From Parcubacteria group bacterium (GTDB taxonomy: Bacteria; Patescibacteriota; Minisyncoccia; Phycocordibacterales; Phycocordibacteraceae), in contig JAQBRE010000002.1 of assembly GCA_028286605.1 (NCBI GenBank), positions 464,065 to 528,064 of the forward strand: a stretch of DNA of 64,000 nt. The letters are read 5' to 3'. Under the pieces are notes generated by a model that worked only from the letters and a program-made list of their open reading frames with translations, was not told where the DNA came from and did not search any database. Below are positions 20,686 through 30,709 of the stretch, one piece after another; position 1 is the first letter of the stretch; every line of letters begins with the position of its first letter. The translations under genes and the position numbers were made by a program.

Positions 20686-21396
20686 TCAGGTCGGAACGAC
20701 CACCGGACGCCGAAGCTTCCGGAACATCGCACCGACGCCGCCGAAGCCGACGAGCATCAAAGCCCACATCGACGGTTCGGGAACCGCATGAACTTCGGTG
20801 ATTTGCGCAAAGACGTTGTCGATGGCGATGGCGTTGTGTTCCAGGCCGGTGGTGCCGAGGGGGTCGGTCTCACTGGTGGGCTTCACAGCCAGCCAAAGAT
20901 CGGTGAACGTGCCGCTGGTCGCCTCGATGTTGAGGGTCTCGAAGCTGTGGAACGGAACGCCGCCGAAGGTCTGGGCCGTAACGAAGGTCGTGCCGTTCAT
21001 CACCCGCAGAAGCAGATTGTCGCCCGGCGCGCTGAAGAAGCTGCCGAAGTCGAGGCTCAGCGCTTTGAAGGCGGTGCCGGGAGCCGAGTGGATGTCGATG
21101 TAGCCGAGGTGCTGCGAAGGCGCGAAGCTCGGGTTGGAACCCGCCAGCGTGCTGATGATGTCCTGCGTCGAAGAAAGGCTCTTGACGTCGAAAATCATGC
21201 CGTCATTGGTGTAGGTACTCACACCCGGAGCCGTGCCGGTGAAGCCCGTGAAATCCACGGAGTTCGTGGCGATAAAGCCCGGAGGAACGCCCACCGAAAC
21301 GATGACCGTCGTGGCGTTCGCCGGAGTCGAGAGCGCGAGAAGCGCACCCGCCAAAGCGAGGGCCGAAGCGGCCCCAAGCAGAGAAACGTGTCGCAT
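20686..21396 (-). CDS. PEPxxWA-type PEP-CTERM secreted protein
   Basis: Signal peptide; C-terminal VPEPSMWALMLVGFGGVGAMFRKLRR; GC-rich; SD and terminator present. Confidence 0.9.
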   Translation of the reverse strand: MRHVSLLGAASALALAGALLALSTPANATTVIVSVGVPPGFIATNSVDFTGFTGTAPGVSTYTNDGMIFDVKSLSSTQDIISTLAGSNPSFAPSQHLGYIDIHSAPGTAFKALSLDFGSFFSAPGDNLLLRVMNGTTFVTAQTFGGVPFHSFETLNIEATSGTFTDLWLAVKPTSETDPLGTTGLEHNAIAIDNVFAQITEVHAVPEPSMWALMLVGFGGVGAMFRKLRRPVVVPT

Positions 21397-21641
21397 GTAG
21401 ACTCTCCTTCAAGAGACTGTTGAACTAGGTTAATCTATGGGAAGCAAGAAGAACTGTATTTCCTCTATATACTACAAACAACCACGATTCTGTCAAGGGC
21501 TATTCACAGGAAACCCAGTATTTCCAAGGTATTGACAAAATGACCAATATAGATTTAAATACACGGGACTACAGCGGTTCGCCCTTGGGGGACTGACGGT
21601 ACGTCTTGTACAACACCAACCGGTTCAGGGAGATCTGACCA

Positions 21642-22184
21642 ATGAATATCAAGCTTCTCGCGGGCGCCGCTCTGGCGCTCGGTCTGACCACTGCGGCCTT
21701 CGGGGCGCAGGCCTCGATCTACGACTTCAGCTGGATCGACACCGTCGGCGGCAACGATTCGGCCACCGGGCAATTCACCTTGAACAGCTCGTCTGTGATC
21801 ACCAACTTCACCGGCACGCAAATCGTGGGCACCAGCACCAGCGCAATCGGCGGCACCTCGAGCTTCGGCTCGGCGGATCAGCTCTTCTCGCCGACGGCGG
21901 CGGAGCCCTTCGACTTCAATGGCGCGTCCTACCACACGGCGACCCTCGGCGACTTCAATCTGGCCTTCGACCCGGGGAGCGGCTTGGGCCTCGTGCGCAT
22001 CAGCAGCACCGAAACCCCCGGCGGCACCGCCGACGGCGAACACTCGATCACGTTCTCGGCGACCAAGGTCGCGGGCGGCGTTCCGGAACCGGCGAGCTGG
22101 GCTCTGATGATCCTGGGCTTCGGCGGCGTCGGCGCCACCCTGCGCAACACGAAGCGGAAGACGGCCCTGGCCGCCACCGCCTAG
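21642..22184 (+). CDS. PEPxxWA-type PEP-CTERM secreted protein
   Basis: Signal peptide; GVPEPASWALMILGFGGVGATLRNTKRK; GC-rich; TTGACA promoter at 21532. Confidence 0.92.
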   Translation: MNIKLLAGAALALGLTTAAFGAQASIYDFSWIDTVGGNDSATGQFTLNSSSVITNFTGTQIVGTSTSAIGGTSSFGSADQLFSPTAAEPFDFNGASYHTATLGDFNLAFDPGSGLGLVRISSTETPGGTADGEHSITFSATKVAGGVPEPASWALMILGFGGVGATLRNTKRKTALAATA

Positions 22185-22237
22185 AACGCAGAAGCGCGAC
22201 GACGACTAAACCACGTGCCGCCGAGGCGGCACGAAAA

Positions 22238-22271
22238 GGGCCTCTCCAGAAATGGAGAGGCCCACTTTTTA
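22238..22271 (+). terminator. Intrinsic terminator
   Basis: GGGCCTCTCCA-GAAA-TGGAGAGGCCC then ACTTTTT. Confidence 0.8.
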
Positions 22272-22291
22272 TACTTTGGTCAGGCGAAAAC

Positions 22292-22798
22292 CTAATCTAC
22301 GATGACGTTGATCGTGTACGGCTTCGCAATATTCGTTGCGGGCCAGTACGGCGTGAACGTCATGTTCGACGCGGCGGTGAAGCTTACCATCTTCGTGCTG
22401 CCAGGAGTAATAGTTCCTGTGGAAAGAGTCGCGCTGCGGTAGTCGAGGCCGCCATGATACGTGGTTCCCGCGTCAGCGCCGAAGGTGATGCTTACCGGCG
22501 TTCCTTTCTTAACCGTAATGGTCTTGAGGTCTGCCGTCGCATCATTTCCGTTTACAACGAAGTGCATCGCTGCGGGAGTGCCCGCTGAAGGTACAGGAGT
22601 CGCTCCGATTGTCACATTCGCTTGCACCATCGCAGGAGCCGCGGTGCCGCTTATATCCATACCAGTTGGCATGGTGGTTGATGACACCGCCTGAGTTGTT
22701 GCTGGTATGGAAGCTGCATTATTCTTCATCCATGCGTATACACCGCCTGCAATGAGGACGAGTACGATGATGAGGCCGATAACGTAAGGAGTTTTCAT
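22292..22798 (-). CDS. Membrane-anchored secreted protein, cupredoxin-like beta domain
   Basis: N-terminal TM, Thr/Ala/Pro linker, ITVKKGTPVSITF...PG....VSFTA. Confidence 0.6.
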   Translation of the reverse strand: MKTPYVIGLIIVLVLIAGGVYAWMKNNAASIPATTQAVSSTTMPTGMDISGTAAPAMVQANVTIGATPVPSAGTPAAMHFVVNGNDATADLKTITVKKGTPVSITFGADAGTTYHGGLDYRSATLSTGTITPGSTKMVSFTAASNMTFTPYWPATNIAKPYTINVIVD

Positions 22799-22866
22799 AC
22801 GGAATTTCGGTTAGAGGGTATTGAATACTTAGTATACTACGATGAAATACCTTATAATGGTGAATT

Positions 22867-24624
22867 ATGGCTGATAAACAAGCTTCAACCCCTCCTGCGG
22901 AGGGAACTCTTTTTGACCTGCTACGCCCGTACAGCGGGTGGATAATTCTGCTGCTCGTATTCACGATAGGCGGGAACGCGCTTAACCTTGCAGTGCCGCA
23001 GATTCTTTCGCAGGCTATTGATGCGTACACCACGCACACGCTGGTTCTGGGCCGAACGCTTACGCTGTTCGGTTTCGTGGCCTTCGGAATCTTCCTTTTG
23101 AACAACCTGCAGAGCCTGGTGCAGACATATGCATCAGAGCGCGTTGCACGTGATCTGCGTACCCGTATCGCCACTGCTATCTCGCATCAGGACTACGCGA
23201 GCGCGGAAGAGATGACCCCATCGACCCTTCTGACGAACCTTACTTCTGACGTAGACGCAGTGAAGACATTCGTTTCGCAGGCCGTGGCGTCTATCATCTC
23301 TTCGATTTTCCTTATCATCGGCGCGAGCGCGTTGCTACTTTCGATTAACTGGAAGCTCGCGCTCGCCGTGCTTGCCGTTCTTCCATTCATTGGCGGAACC
23401 TTCTATGTAGTGCTCGGTCGCGTTCGTAAGCTATTCCGTAGATCGCAGGAAGCTATTGATCGCCTGAATAAGGTGATTAATGAAAGCGTGTTGGGTGCGG
23501 CGCTTATTCGTCTTCTAAATTCGCAAACACAAGAGTACGGCAAGTTCCTTGATGCGAACGGTAATGCACGAAGCATCAGCATGCAGATATTACGCCTGTT
23601 TGCCGCAATGATTCCGGTTATTACGTTCCTTACGAACGTCGCGACGCTCGTAATTCTTATACTGGGTGGCGAGTTCGTGATCGGAGGAACGATGACGCTT
23701 GGTCAGTTCACGGCGTTCAATAGTTACTTGGGTATCCTTATCTTCCCGATAATCATCATTGGTTTTATGAGCAACGCGATCGCACAGGCGAGTGCATCAT
23801 ATGCGCGTATTTCCGTGGTGCTTGGCAAGCCAGTACGCGATGCAGGAGGCGAGCGAAGTTCGCCTCTGACCGGAGCTATCGAAGTTCACGACCTCTCGCA
23901 ATCGTTCGGCGAACAGAAAGTGCTTCGCGACGTATCCTTCTCCATCAAGCCAGGAACGAAGAACGCTATTCTTGGTCCCACGGCAGCAGGAAAGTCGCAG
24001 CTCCTGTATCTTATGACCGGCCTGCTCGCACCGAACTCCGGTACGGTTTTGTATGACGGCGAACCTATCAATGCATATCAGAAGGCATCATTCTATTCGC
24101 AGATCGGTTTCGTATTCCAGGACAGCAGCATGTTCAACCTTACGCTTCGCGAGAACATCGCATTCAGCACGAGCGTTACGGATGAGCAGCTCGCGAAAGC
24201 TATCGACACCGCAGAGCTACATGATTTCATCGCATCGCTTCCAGATGGCCTCGACACTATCGTTTCCGAACGCGGCACATCGCTTTCCGGCGGCCAGAAG
24301 CAGCGCGTAATGCTTGCCCGTGCACTCGCGCAGGATCCGAAGATCCTGCTGCTTGATGATTTCACTGCGCGTGTAGATACGCGCACCGAGCAATCCATCC
24401 TTGCGAACGTGCGTAAGAATTATCCAGACCTCACGCTCATTTCCGTTACGCAGAAGATCGCGCCGATAGAAGACTACGATCAGATCATCGTACTTATGGA
24501 AGGAGAAATACTGGCGACCGGCGTACACAAGGATCTGATGCACACTTCACCGGAATACGTCCAGATATATGATTCGCAGCAGTCCACTGAACAATATGAT
24601 GCACCGAAGCACCCAACCGCATAA
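22867..24624 (+). CDS. ABC exporter, fused permease-ATPase (degenerate site subunit)
   Basis: TM domain; GPTAAGKS; LSGGQKQR; LLLDD. Confidence 0.93.
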   Translation: MADKQASTPPAEGTLFDLLRPYSGWIILLLVFTIGGNALNLAVPQILSQAIDAYTTHTLVLGRTLTLFGFVAFGIFLLNNLQSLVQTYASERVARDLRTRIATAISHQDYASAEEMTPSTLLTNLTSDVDAVKTFVSQAVASIISSIFLIIGASALLLSINWKLALAVLAVLPFIGGTFYVVLGRVRKLFRRSQEAIDRLNKVINESVLGAALIRLLNSQTQEYGKFLDANGNARSISMQILRLFAAMIPVITFLTNVATLVILILGGEFVIGGTMTLGQFTAFNSYLGILIFPIIIIGFMSNAIAQASASYARISVVLGKPVRDAGGERSSPLTGAIEVHDLSQSFGEQKVLRDVSFSIKPGTKNAILGPTAAGKSQLLYLMTGLLAPNSGTVLYDGEPINAYQKASFYSQIGFVFQDSSMFNLTLRENIAFSTSVTDEQLAKAIDTAELHDFIASLPDGLDTIVSERGTSLSGGQKQRVMLARALAQDPKILLLDDFTARVDTRTEQSILANVRKNYPDLTLISVTQKIAPIEDYDQIIVLMEGEILATGVHKDLMHTSPEYVQIYDSQQSTEQYDAPKHPTA

Positions 24625-24627
24625 CCT

Positions 24628-26394
24628 ATGGATTACACCCTAACCACATCAGGAGGAGACGAAAAAAAGAAAGCGCTCGCAGGCGCGTGGGAAAGCCTTG
24701 CGCCGCTTCTTCGTGATGAGAAGACGAACCTGGCTATCGCGCTTATTGCAGTACTCGTGAACTCTGCAACGAACCTGCTTGCACCTATCGTCATCGCGCA
24801 CGTTATCGATACAGCAATCGCTACGCACAACTTCGTTGAGGTGCTGCGTGAAAGCGCGCTGCTTGGCGTAGTGTATGTTGCCGGCCTTATTGCAGGGTAT
24901 TTGCAGACCATTCGTATGGGAACGGTCGGTCGCGGCGTTCTTTTCAAGCTTCGTAATGCGCTTTTCACCAAGCTTTCTGAACTGCCTATCGCGTTCTTCA
25001 ATCAGAACAAGGCAGGCGATCTTATTTCGCGCATCAACAATGATACCGACAAGCTCAACCAATTCTTCGCGCAGGCGCTGATGCAGTTCATCGGCAGCTT
25101 CTTCGTTATTCTTGGCGCAGGCGTATTGCTACTTGTGCTGAATTGGCACTTAGGCCTCGGCGCACTCTTGCCAGCTGCAGGCGTGCTCATTATCACGCAA
25201 TTCCTTTCACCGTGGGTGAAGCGCAAGAGCCGCGACGGCCTGCAGAGCCTCGGTTCGCTTTCTGCCGAAGTGCAGGAAAGCATCGCGAACTTCAAAGTGA
25301 TCGTCGCCTTCGATCGTTTGGATTATTTCCGTCAGAAGTTCGATCAGGCGAATGTACGAAACTACAAAGCATCCGTCGGCGCTGGTATCGCCTCGAACCT
25401 ATTCACGCCACTGTATACGGTTGCGGCGAACATCGCGCAGATCGTGGTGCTTGGCTATGGCGTCCTGCTGATATCGAACGGTTCGCTCACGGTGGGTCTC
25501 TTGATTGGGTACCTTCTATACGTAACGAGCTTCTATAACCCGCTTCGCCAGCTCGCCAGCGTATGGTCCAGCTTGCAGCTTGCCCTTGCGTCGCTCGACC
25601 GCATTCAGGAAGTGCTCGGTCTTGAAAGCAATCTGCCGATACTGCCGGTTACCTCAACAGATTCGAAGCATGCACACACGCTGCTTTCTTTCGACGACGT
25701 CTCCTTCGCCTATCCTGAAGGGAAGAATGTGCTGCATGATGTTTCCTTCGAGCTTGCGCAGGGAAAGACGTACGCACTCGTTGGTCCCACGGGTGGAGGC
25801 AAAACCACGACCGCATCGCTCATGGCACGTCTCTTTGATCCTGTCTCAGGAACTATCGAACTGAATGGAAAAGATATTCGAACGTATACGCCTGAAGAAC
25901 GCGCGAAACATATCGGTTTTATCTTGCAGGAACCGTTCCTGTTCAGCGGCACTATTCGTGACAACATTTCGTATGGAAATCCTGAACTCGTCGCGATGAA
26001 TGATGATGAGTTGCGAGCGGTATTGAAAGAGAAAAATCTCGTGCAGCTCATTGAACGATTTAATGATGGATTGGATACGAATGTAGTTGCGGCAGGAGAA
26101 GGTATTTCATTGGGGCAGAAGCAGCTCATCGCGTTCATGCGCGCGGTACTCCGCGCGCCGGCACTGCTTATTCTTGATGAAGCAACGGCGAACATCGATA
26201 CCGTTACGGAACAGCTTCTTGAAGAAATCCTTGAACAGCTTCCGCGCACCACGACGAAAGTTATTATCGCGCATCGCCTTAATACTATTCAAAGCGCAGA
26301 TAGTATCTTCTTCGTGAATGGAGGAACCGTTACAGAGGCGGGTTCAATGGAACACGCTGTGGAGATGCTCCTTTCTGGAACGCACGCGAGCTAG
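24628..26394 (+). CDS. ABC exporter, fused permease-ATPase (heterodimer partner)
   Basis: GPTGGGKT; ISLGQKQL; ILDEATA; IAHRL. Confidence 0.93.
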   Translation: MDYTLTTSGGDEKKKALAGAWESLAPLLRDEKTNLAIALIAVLVNSATNLLAPIVIAHVIDTAIATHNFVEVLRESALLGVVYVAGLIAGYLQTIRMGTVGRGVLFKLRNALFTKLSELPIAFFNQNKAGDLISRINNDTDKLNQFFAQALMQFIGSFFVILGAGVLLLVLNWHLGLGALLPAAGVLIITQFLSPWVKRKSRDGLQSLGSLSAEVQESIANFKVIVAFDRLDYFRQKFDQANVRNYKASVGAGIASNLFTPLYTVAANIAQIVVLGYGVLLISNGSLTVGLLIGYLLYVTSFYNPLRQLASVWSSLQLALASLDRIQEVLGLESNLPILPVTSTDSKHAHTLLSFDDVSFAYPEGKNVLHDVSFELAQGKTYALVGPTGGGKTTTASLMARLFDPVSGTIELNGKDIRTYTPEERAKHIGFILQEPFLFSGTIRDNISYGNPELVAMNDDELRAVLKEKNLVQLIERFNDGLDTNVVAAGEGISLGQKQLIAFMRAVLRAPALLILDEATANIDTVTEQLLEEILEQLPRTTTKVIIAHRLNTIQSADSIFFVNGGTVTEAGSMEHAVEMLLSGTHAS

Positions 26395-26753
26395 TTCTTG
26401 CTAACCAGTTCGCCCAAAATAAGGCGCAGCTCCGCTGCGCCTATCGGCTTCGTTAAATGCGCTGTAAATCCTGCAGCAATAGCCTTCTCCTTATCTTCCT
26501 GCTGGCCGTATCCTGTAAGGGCAACCGCAGGCAATGTGTGGCCGAATGCGCGCATCGCAACAACCGTTGCGTACCCATCCATATCCGGCATGCCGATATC
26601 TATGAACGCGATGCTCGCTTCGGTATCGTGAAGATACTCAATCAGTTCGGCACCGGAATAGAGCGCCTGCGCCTCCCATCCCATCGCTTTCAGCAGCTTC
26701 ACCAATCCATCGGCCGCAGCCTGATTATCATCAACGATGAGGATCTTCTTCAT
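26391..26753 (-). CDS. Single-domain response regulator
   Basis: ILIVDD; IDIGMPDMDG; ALTG; LTKP. Confidence 0.93.
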   Translation of the reverse strand: MKKILIVDDNQAAADGLVKLLKAMGWEAQALYSGAELIEYLHDTEASIAFIDIGMPDMDGYATVVAMRAFGHTLPAVALTGYGQQEDKEKAIAAGFTAHLTKPIGAAELRLILGELVSKN

Positions 26754-26771
26754 GCACTCACAGTACTGGTA

Positions 26772-27557
26772 TCAGACTGATGGCGCAATAAGCGCAAGCA
26801 GCTTTTTGTGGAATTCCGAAGTGGCTGCTGAAACGAATCCCTTCGTATCGCCATCGTACCGCTGCGGTTCGCCGTGAAGATCTGAGGTTACGCCACCAGC
26901 TTCTTCCACGATTACTTTCGCCGCTGCGCAGTCCCACGGATTCGAAAGAGGGAATACGACGCCATCGAGCTGTCCGGCCGCAACCATCATGTGCGCATAC
27001 ACCGTTGAGCTGTATGAAAGCAGGCGGACGCGTTCTTGCCGTGCCTGCTCAAAAAAATTCAAGTTCTTAAATCCTTTGTGACCATCTGTTTCGATATAGC
27101 TTCCGTCAAGCTCCGTTCGCGCTGCCGTATGGATAGGCAGGTCATTCATGAACGCGCCCTCGCCGTGAACAGCGTGATACAAACGCTTCATGTGAGGGTC
27201 GTACACCACACCCACGACAGGTGTGCCCTTCTTCACTAAGGCTAGTGAAAAAACATTCGTAGGAACGCCGCGCACGAATGCCGCAGTGCCGTCGATCGGG
27301 TCGAAGACCCACACGAACTCGCTCTCCTTCATTCTCTTTCCTTCTTCGCCATATAAGCTGTGTTCGGGATACGCCGCTTCCAAACGTGCCACCACTAACT
27401 GCTGGATGCGTTCATCGGCCACGGTAACAGGGGACTGATTCGAGGCACTCTGAGAATCCTCTTTAAGAGTATATTCAACGTCCATGCCGAAATACTCCGT
27501 CATAATGACGCCCGCTTCTAGCGCGATTTCCTTCGCGATGTCCAAATACTCTTGCAT
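26772..27557 (-). CDS. Inositol monophosphatase family protein
   Basis: VTVAD; GEE; WVFDPIDGT; PWDCAA; start moved to ATG 27557. Confidence 0.92.
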   Translation of the reverse strand: MQEYLDIAKEIALEAGVIMTEYFGMDVEYTLKEDSQSASNQSPVTVADERIQQLVVARLEAAYPEHSLYGEEGKRMKESEFVWVFDPIDGTAAFVRGVPTNVFSLALVKKGTPVVGVVYDPHMKRLYHAVHGEGAFMNDLPIHTAARTELDGSYIETDGHKGFKNLNFFEQARQERVRLLSYSSTVYAHMMVAAGQLDGVVFPLSNPWDCAAAKVIVEEAGGVTSDLHGEPQRYDGDTKGFVSAATSEFHKKLLALIAPSV

Positions 27558-27632
27558 TTGCTGGATTATATCAGACCGTACATGAAATCTCCCTAAAGTA
27601 TAAAAAGAGACAGACACCGGTAAGAGTGCCTG

Positions 27633-28307
27633 TCAGAGTTCATCAACCCATTCCCAATTCAAAAGCACGCTATTGTCACGCTTTCTCGGGAGCTTGAAGC
27701 TAGAGGAGAATTGATGGGTTTGTACCGTGTGCCAGAACGTCGTCTTTCTGGTCCAGACCCCCTTGTACACCGATGAGGGGTGGAAGTCATCGAACGCCGG
27801 TAGAGTTATTCCGACTCGTACCGTTTCGCGCGGCATTATGTTGTCGGGCTTGAAACCCATTTCGTCTTGCATGCCGCGCAAGAGCGTTTTGAGAGGATCT
27901 TCACCTTTCTGCATCGTTTCCGAAATTGACCACATTTCAAGAGGAATCACGTCAGGATAGCCGGGGTAGTTTGGAACGGTTTCGCCATCCTCATATGTCC
28001 GACTCATCTCGATGATAAATTTCTTCTGGGTCGGATTGCGGATGATGGCGCGGGATGTCATCGCGTCTCGGACCGCTACGCCCGTATCCGAATCTTGATA
28101 GATCTTGATTTCTTTGAAATGCTTTTCACGATAGAGCGTGATGATCTTCTTGCGGGAGTGTCGATCGAATTCTGCAGCGAATTCTTTCCAGTCTTTAGGG
28201 AATTCATGCTCGCACGACGCGAGGAATTGAATAGTGTCCCTGAGGCCCGCGTCGGGGTCCAGGGTGCGAATCGTACCCATGGGTTCACTCCGGGTTGAGG
28301 GGTTCAA
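27633..28307 (-). CDS. Divergent NUDIX-fold hypothetical protein
   Basis: Degenerate Nudix box SETMQKGEDPLKTLLRGMQDEMGF; own terminator. Confidence 0.5.
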   Translation of the reverse strand: MNPSTRSEPMGTIRTLDPDAGLRDTIQFLASCEHEFPKDWKEFAAEFDRHSRKKIITLYREKHFKEIKIYQDSDTGVAVRDAMTSRAIIRNPTQKKFIIEMSRTYEDGETVPNYPGYPDVIPLEMWSISETMQKGEDPLKTLLRGMQDEMGFKPDNIMPRETVRVGITLPAFDDFHPSSVYKGVWTRKTTFWHTVQTHQFSSSFKLPRKRDNSVLLNWEWVDEL

Positions 28308-28361
28308 GTCTATCTTGATAGTACCCTAGTATTTGCCTTTAGCAATATATATGTCGTTATC

Positions 28362-29969
28362 TTAAATAAGCGGCAGGAGCACCATGAACTCACTTCCTTT
28401 GCCAACACCCTTGCTGCTCACCGTAACCGAGCCGCCATGAGCTCCTACGAAACTCTGCACAAGCGCCAAGCCGATACCCAAACCGTTCTGCGTGCGCTTG
28501 CCGGTACCCACCTGATGAAACGGCGTGAAGATATGCTGGAGCGATTCAGCGGGAATACCTATACCTTCATCCGTAATTTTTATTTCTACAGTACCGTTGT
28601 TCTTCTTCAAGACTACGGTGATCGAATCGCCGGAATCGGAATATTTGGAAGCGTTCGTAATGAGGTTCGAGAAGATCTGTTCAAGGCGAACAGGATCGCC
28701 CGAGACGAATAGAGATTTAATTCCGTCTTTATAGATAAGCGTCTGGTGGCGCTCCTTGATATGGTGCGCGGTGGAAAGTATCGCGCGCTTGATGATCATC
28801 TCGATGTTCACCCTTTCACGCGTAATACTGAGCTTGCCTTCAGAAATACGCGAGACGTCGAGCAGGTCATCAAGAAGACGACGGACGATCTTCATACGGC
28901 TATCCATCATGTCGAGCGTATCCATTTCTTCTGCATCGCGCGGCGCAGAGATCTTCAGGTAGTCGATAGCGCTCACCACGGGCGCGAGCGGGTTACGGAG
29001 CTCATGAGCAAGCACTGCGATAAAATCATTCTTGGCCTGCGATTCCGCACCGATGCGCGCCACTGCGTTTTCAAGAGTAGAAAGCTGTGAGCGCATAAGG
29101 GTCGTGTTCAGGCGACGATCCTCCTCCAGAGAAACGATGATCAGTATGACAATAGAAATAGTGATAAGAAGCGTCTGTACGGTGAAAAGCTGCACGTTGA
29201 ACAATTCCGGAGGTACGGTGCTAACAACATTCCACACGCCGAAAATACCGGTCAGAAGCAACGCAAGCGTAACGAAACGCGGACGCATGCGCAGCGCGAT
29301 CCAGAATAACGGAAAGAGAAGCAGATATATCAGATAGATACCGAACACATCAGCAACCTTGAATACGAAAAGCGCACTGTTTATAACGATAAGCAGTGCG
29401 AATATTACGAGCGTCTCGATAGTCTCTGCGCGTGAGCGGCTAAAGCGTATCTTTCCGAACCAGCGGAGAATAAACGGCGTAACGATAAGAATGCTGAAAA
29501 TAGCACCGGCATAGTGATGGCCCCAGAAGATACTCGTATAGGGTGCTCCCAAACTCAACCGGGTGATAGCGTCGAGAGTGGGAAATACGAGCGATGTGAT
29601 TCCCGCCATCGCAATCAAAGCGAACATATCGCTGTATTTGCGGAAGAGGGGATCAACGTTTGACTTGCGCAATATCGACGCGCCAAGAAGAGCCTGAACG
29701 ACATCTGCTGCGGCGAGTGTTAAAAGATGAGCGGTGGGAATGTGAAAGGCAAGACCGGCTGTGAGCGAAGCGAGCAGCACGAAGGGCCACAAACGCAGAC
29801 CACCGAAGAACAGGGCAGCGATACCGATAGCGGTTGCGGGATATAGCGCCGCCGAAGGCGGCGCAAACGTGGCCGTCAATCCATACACCACGAAATACGA
29901 CACGAAGAATACTGCGGCCACGCGCAGTTGCTGCATCGTATAGATTTGCCGACCATGGAGTTTCATCAT
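28362..29969 (-). CDS. MASE1-type membrane sensor histidine kinase
   Basis: Many TM helices; AHELRNPL H-box; NLITNASKY; DEGIGI; GLGIGL. Confidence 0.93.
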   Translation of the reverse strand: MMKLHGRQIYTMQQLRVAAVFFVSYFVVYGLTATFAPPSAALYPATAIGIAALFFGGLRLWPFVLLASLTAGLAFHIPTAHLLTLAAADVVQALLGASILRKSNVDPLFRKYSDMFALIAMAGITSLVFPTLDAITRLSLGAPYTSIFWGHHYAGAIFSILIVTPFILRWFGKIRFSRSRAETIETLVIFALLIVINSALFVFKVADVFGIYLIYLLLFPLFWIALRMRPRFVTLALLLTGIFGVWNVVSTVPPELFNVQLFTVQTLLITISIVILIIVSLEEDRRLNTTLMRSQLSTLENAVARIGAESQAKNDFIAVLAHELRNPLAPVVSAIDYLKISAPRDAEEMDTLDMMDSRMKIVRRLLDDLLDVSRISEGKLSITRERVNIEMIIKRAILSTAHHIKERHQTLIYKDGIKSLFVSGDPVRLEQIFSNLITNASKYSDSGDSITVVLKKNNGTVEIKITDEGIGIPAESLQHIFTPFHQVGTGKRTQNGLGIGLALVQSFVGAHGGSVTVSSKGVGKGSEFMVLLPLI

Positions 29970-29993
29970 GGTATTCGTAGGAGTCCGTATGAA

Positions 29994-30128
29994 CTACTTC
30001 GCTTTTGAACCTGGATGCTTCGAATCGGGGTGTTTGCGTGCGAGCTTGATAGCAAGACGCTTCGCTGTCTTCTGCGGGTGCTTGCGTGGACGCTTCGGGC
30101 TCACTCCCTGCTTTTTCATTTTTGCCAT
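29994..30128 (-). CDS. 44-aa highly basic small protein (below the ORF-track cutoff)
   Basis: MAKMKKQGVSPKRPRKHPQKTAKRLAIKLARKHPDSKHPGSKAK*; TAAGAT 8 nt upstream; host-like codons; fills the intergenic gap. Confidence 0.65.
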   Translation of the reverse strand: MAKMKKQGVSPKRPRKHPQKTAKRLAIKLARKHPDSKHPGSKAK

Positions 30129-30145
30129 AGTATTTTCATCTTACC

Positions 30146-30628
30146 CTAAAAACGCTTACTGTCCATTTTCGCAAGGATACGGTGGATTGTTTTCCAGGTA
30201 CGCGTCGTTATCTCCTTGCTGTGCTTCTTTTCCATTGCACCCATGAATTTGGTAGTTTCCTGCGTATTTAGATCAATCACCGTCGGCACTTCCGGCTTGC
30301 CATCCTTAAAAAAGGTAACGACGAGGTAGTTCGGCTTCTCATCCTTGATTCCTTTGAATGGATTTTTACTAACAAGAGCTTCCAGATCCTCTCGGCTTCG
30401 TACGATTGTGGTGCTCGTAAAGCCGAGTTGCGCAGGCAATGCCTTTTCAATCTTCGCCTCTAGTGCCGTTTTACTTTTAGAAGGCGAGTCGAAGACCACA
30501 TTGCCGCTAGCGATAACCGTGGCGACATTCTTAAATCCTAGCGATTCGAATACGCCTTTCAGTTTCTCGCCCTTCATATTCGAATTCATCGGCATGATGC
30601 CGCGCAACAGGGCTACGTATGTCGTCAT
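30146..30628 (-). CDS. DUF1697 family protein
   Basis: YVALLRGI; GFKNVATVIASGNVVF; TTRTWKT. Confidence 0.88.
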   Translation of the reverse strand: MTTYVALLRGIMPMNSNMKGEKLKGVFESLGFKNVATVIASGNVVFDSPSKSKTALEAKIEKALPAQLGFTSTTIVRSREDLEALVSKNPFKGIKDEKPNYLVVTFFKDGKPEVPTVIDLNTQETTKFMGAMEKKHSKEITTRTWKTIHRILAKMDSKRF

Positions 30629-30644
30629 GAATACACTCTATCAA

Positions 30645-30672
30645 AGAACCTGTTTGTATAAAAAGAAGCCGC
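30645..30672 (+). repeat. Truncated att-like arm plus terminator tail
   Basis: AGAACCTGTTTGTATAAAAAGAAGCCGC matches the copies at 35586 and 36163. Confidence 0.75.
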
Positions 30673-30709
30673 AGGCGAGGGATGTATCCTCGTACCTGCG
30701 GCAGCTGTT

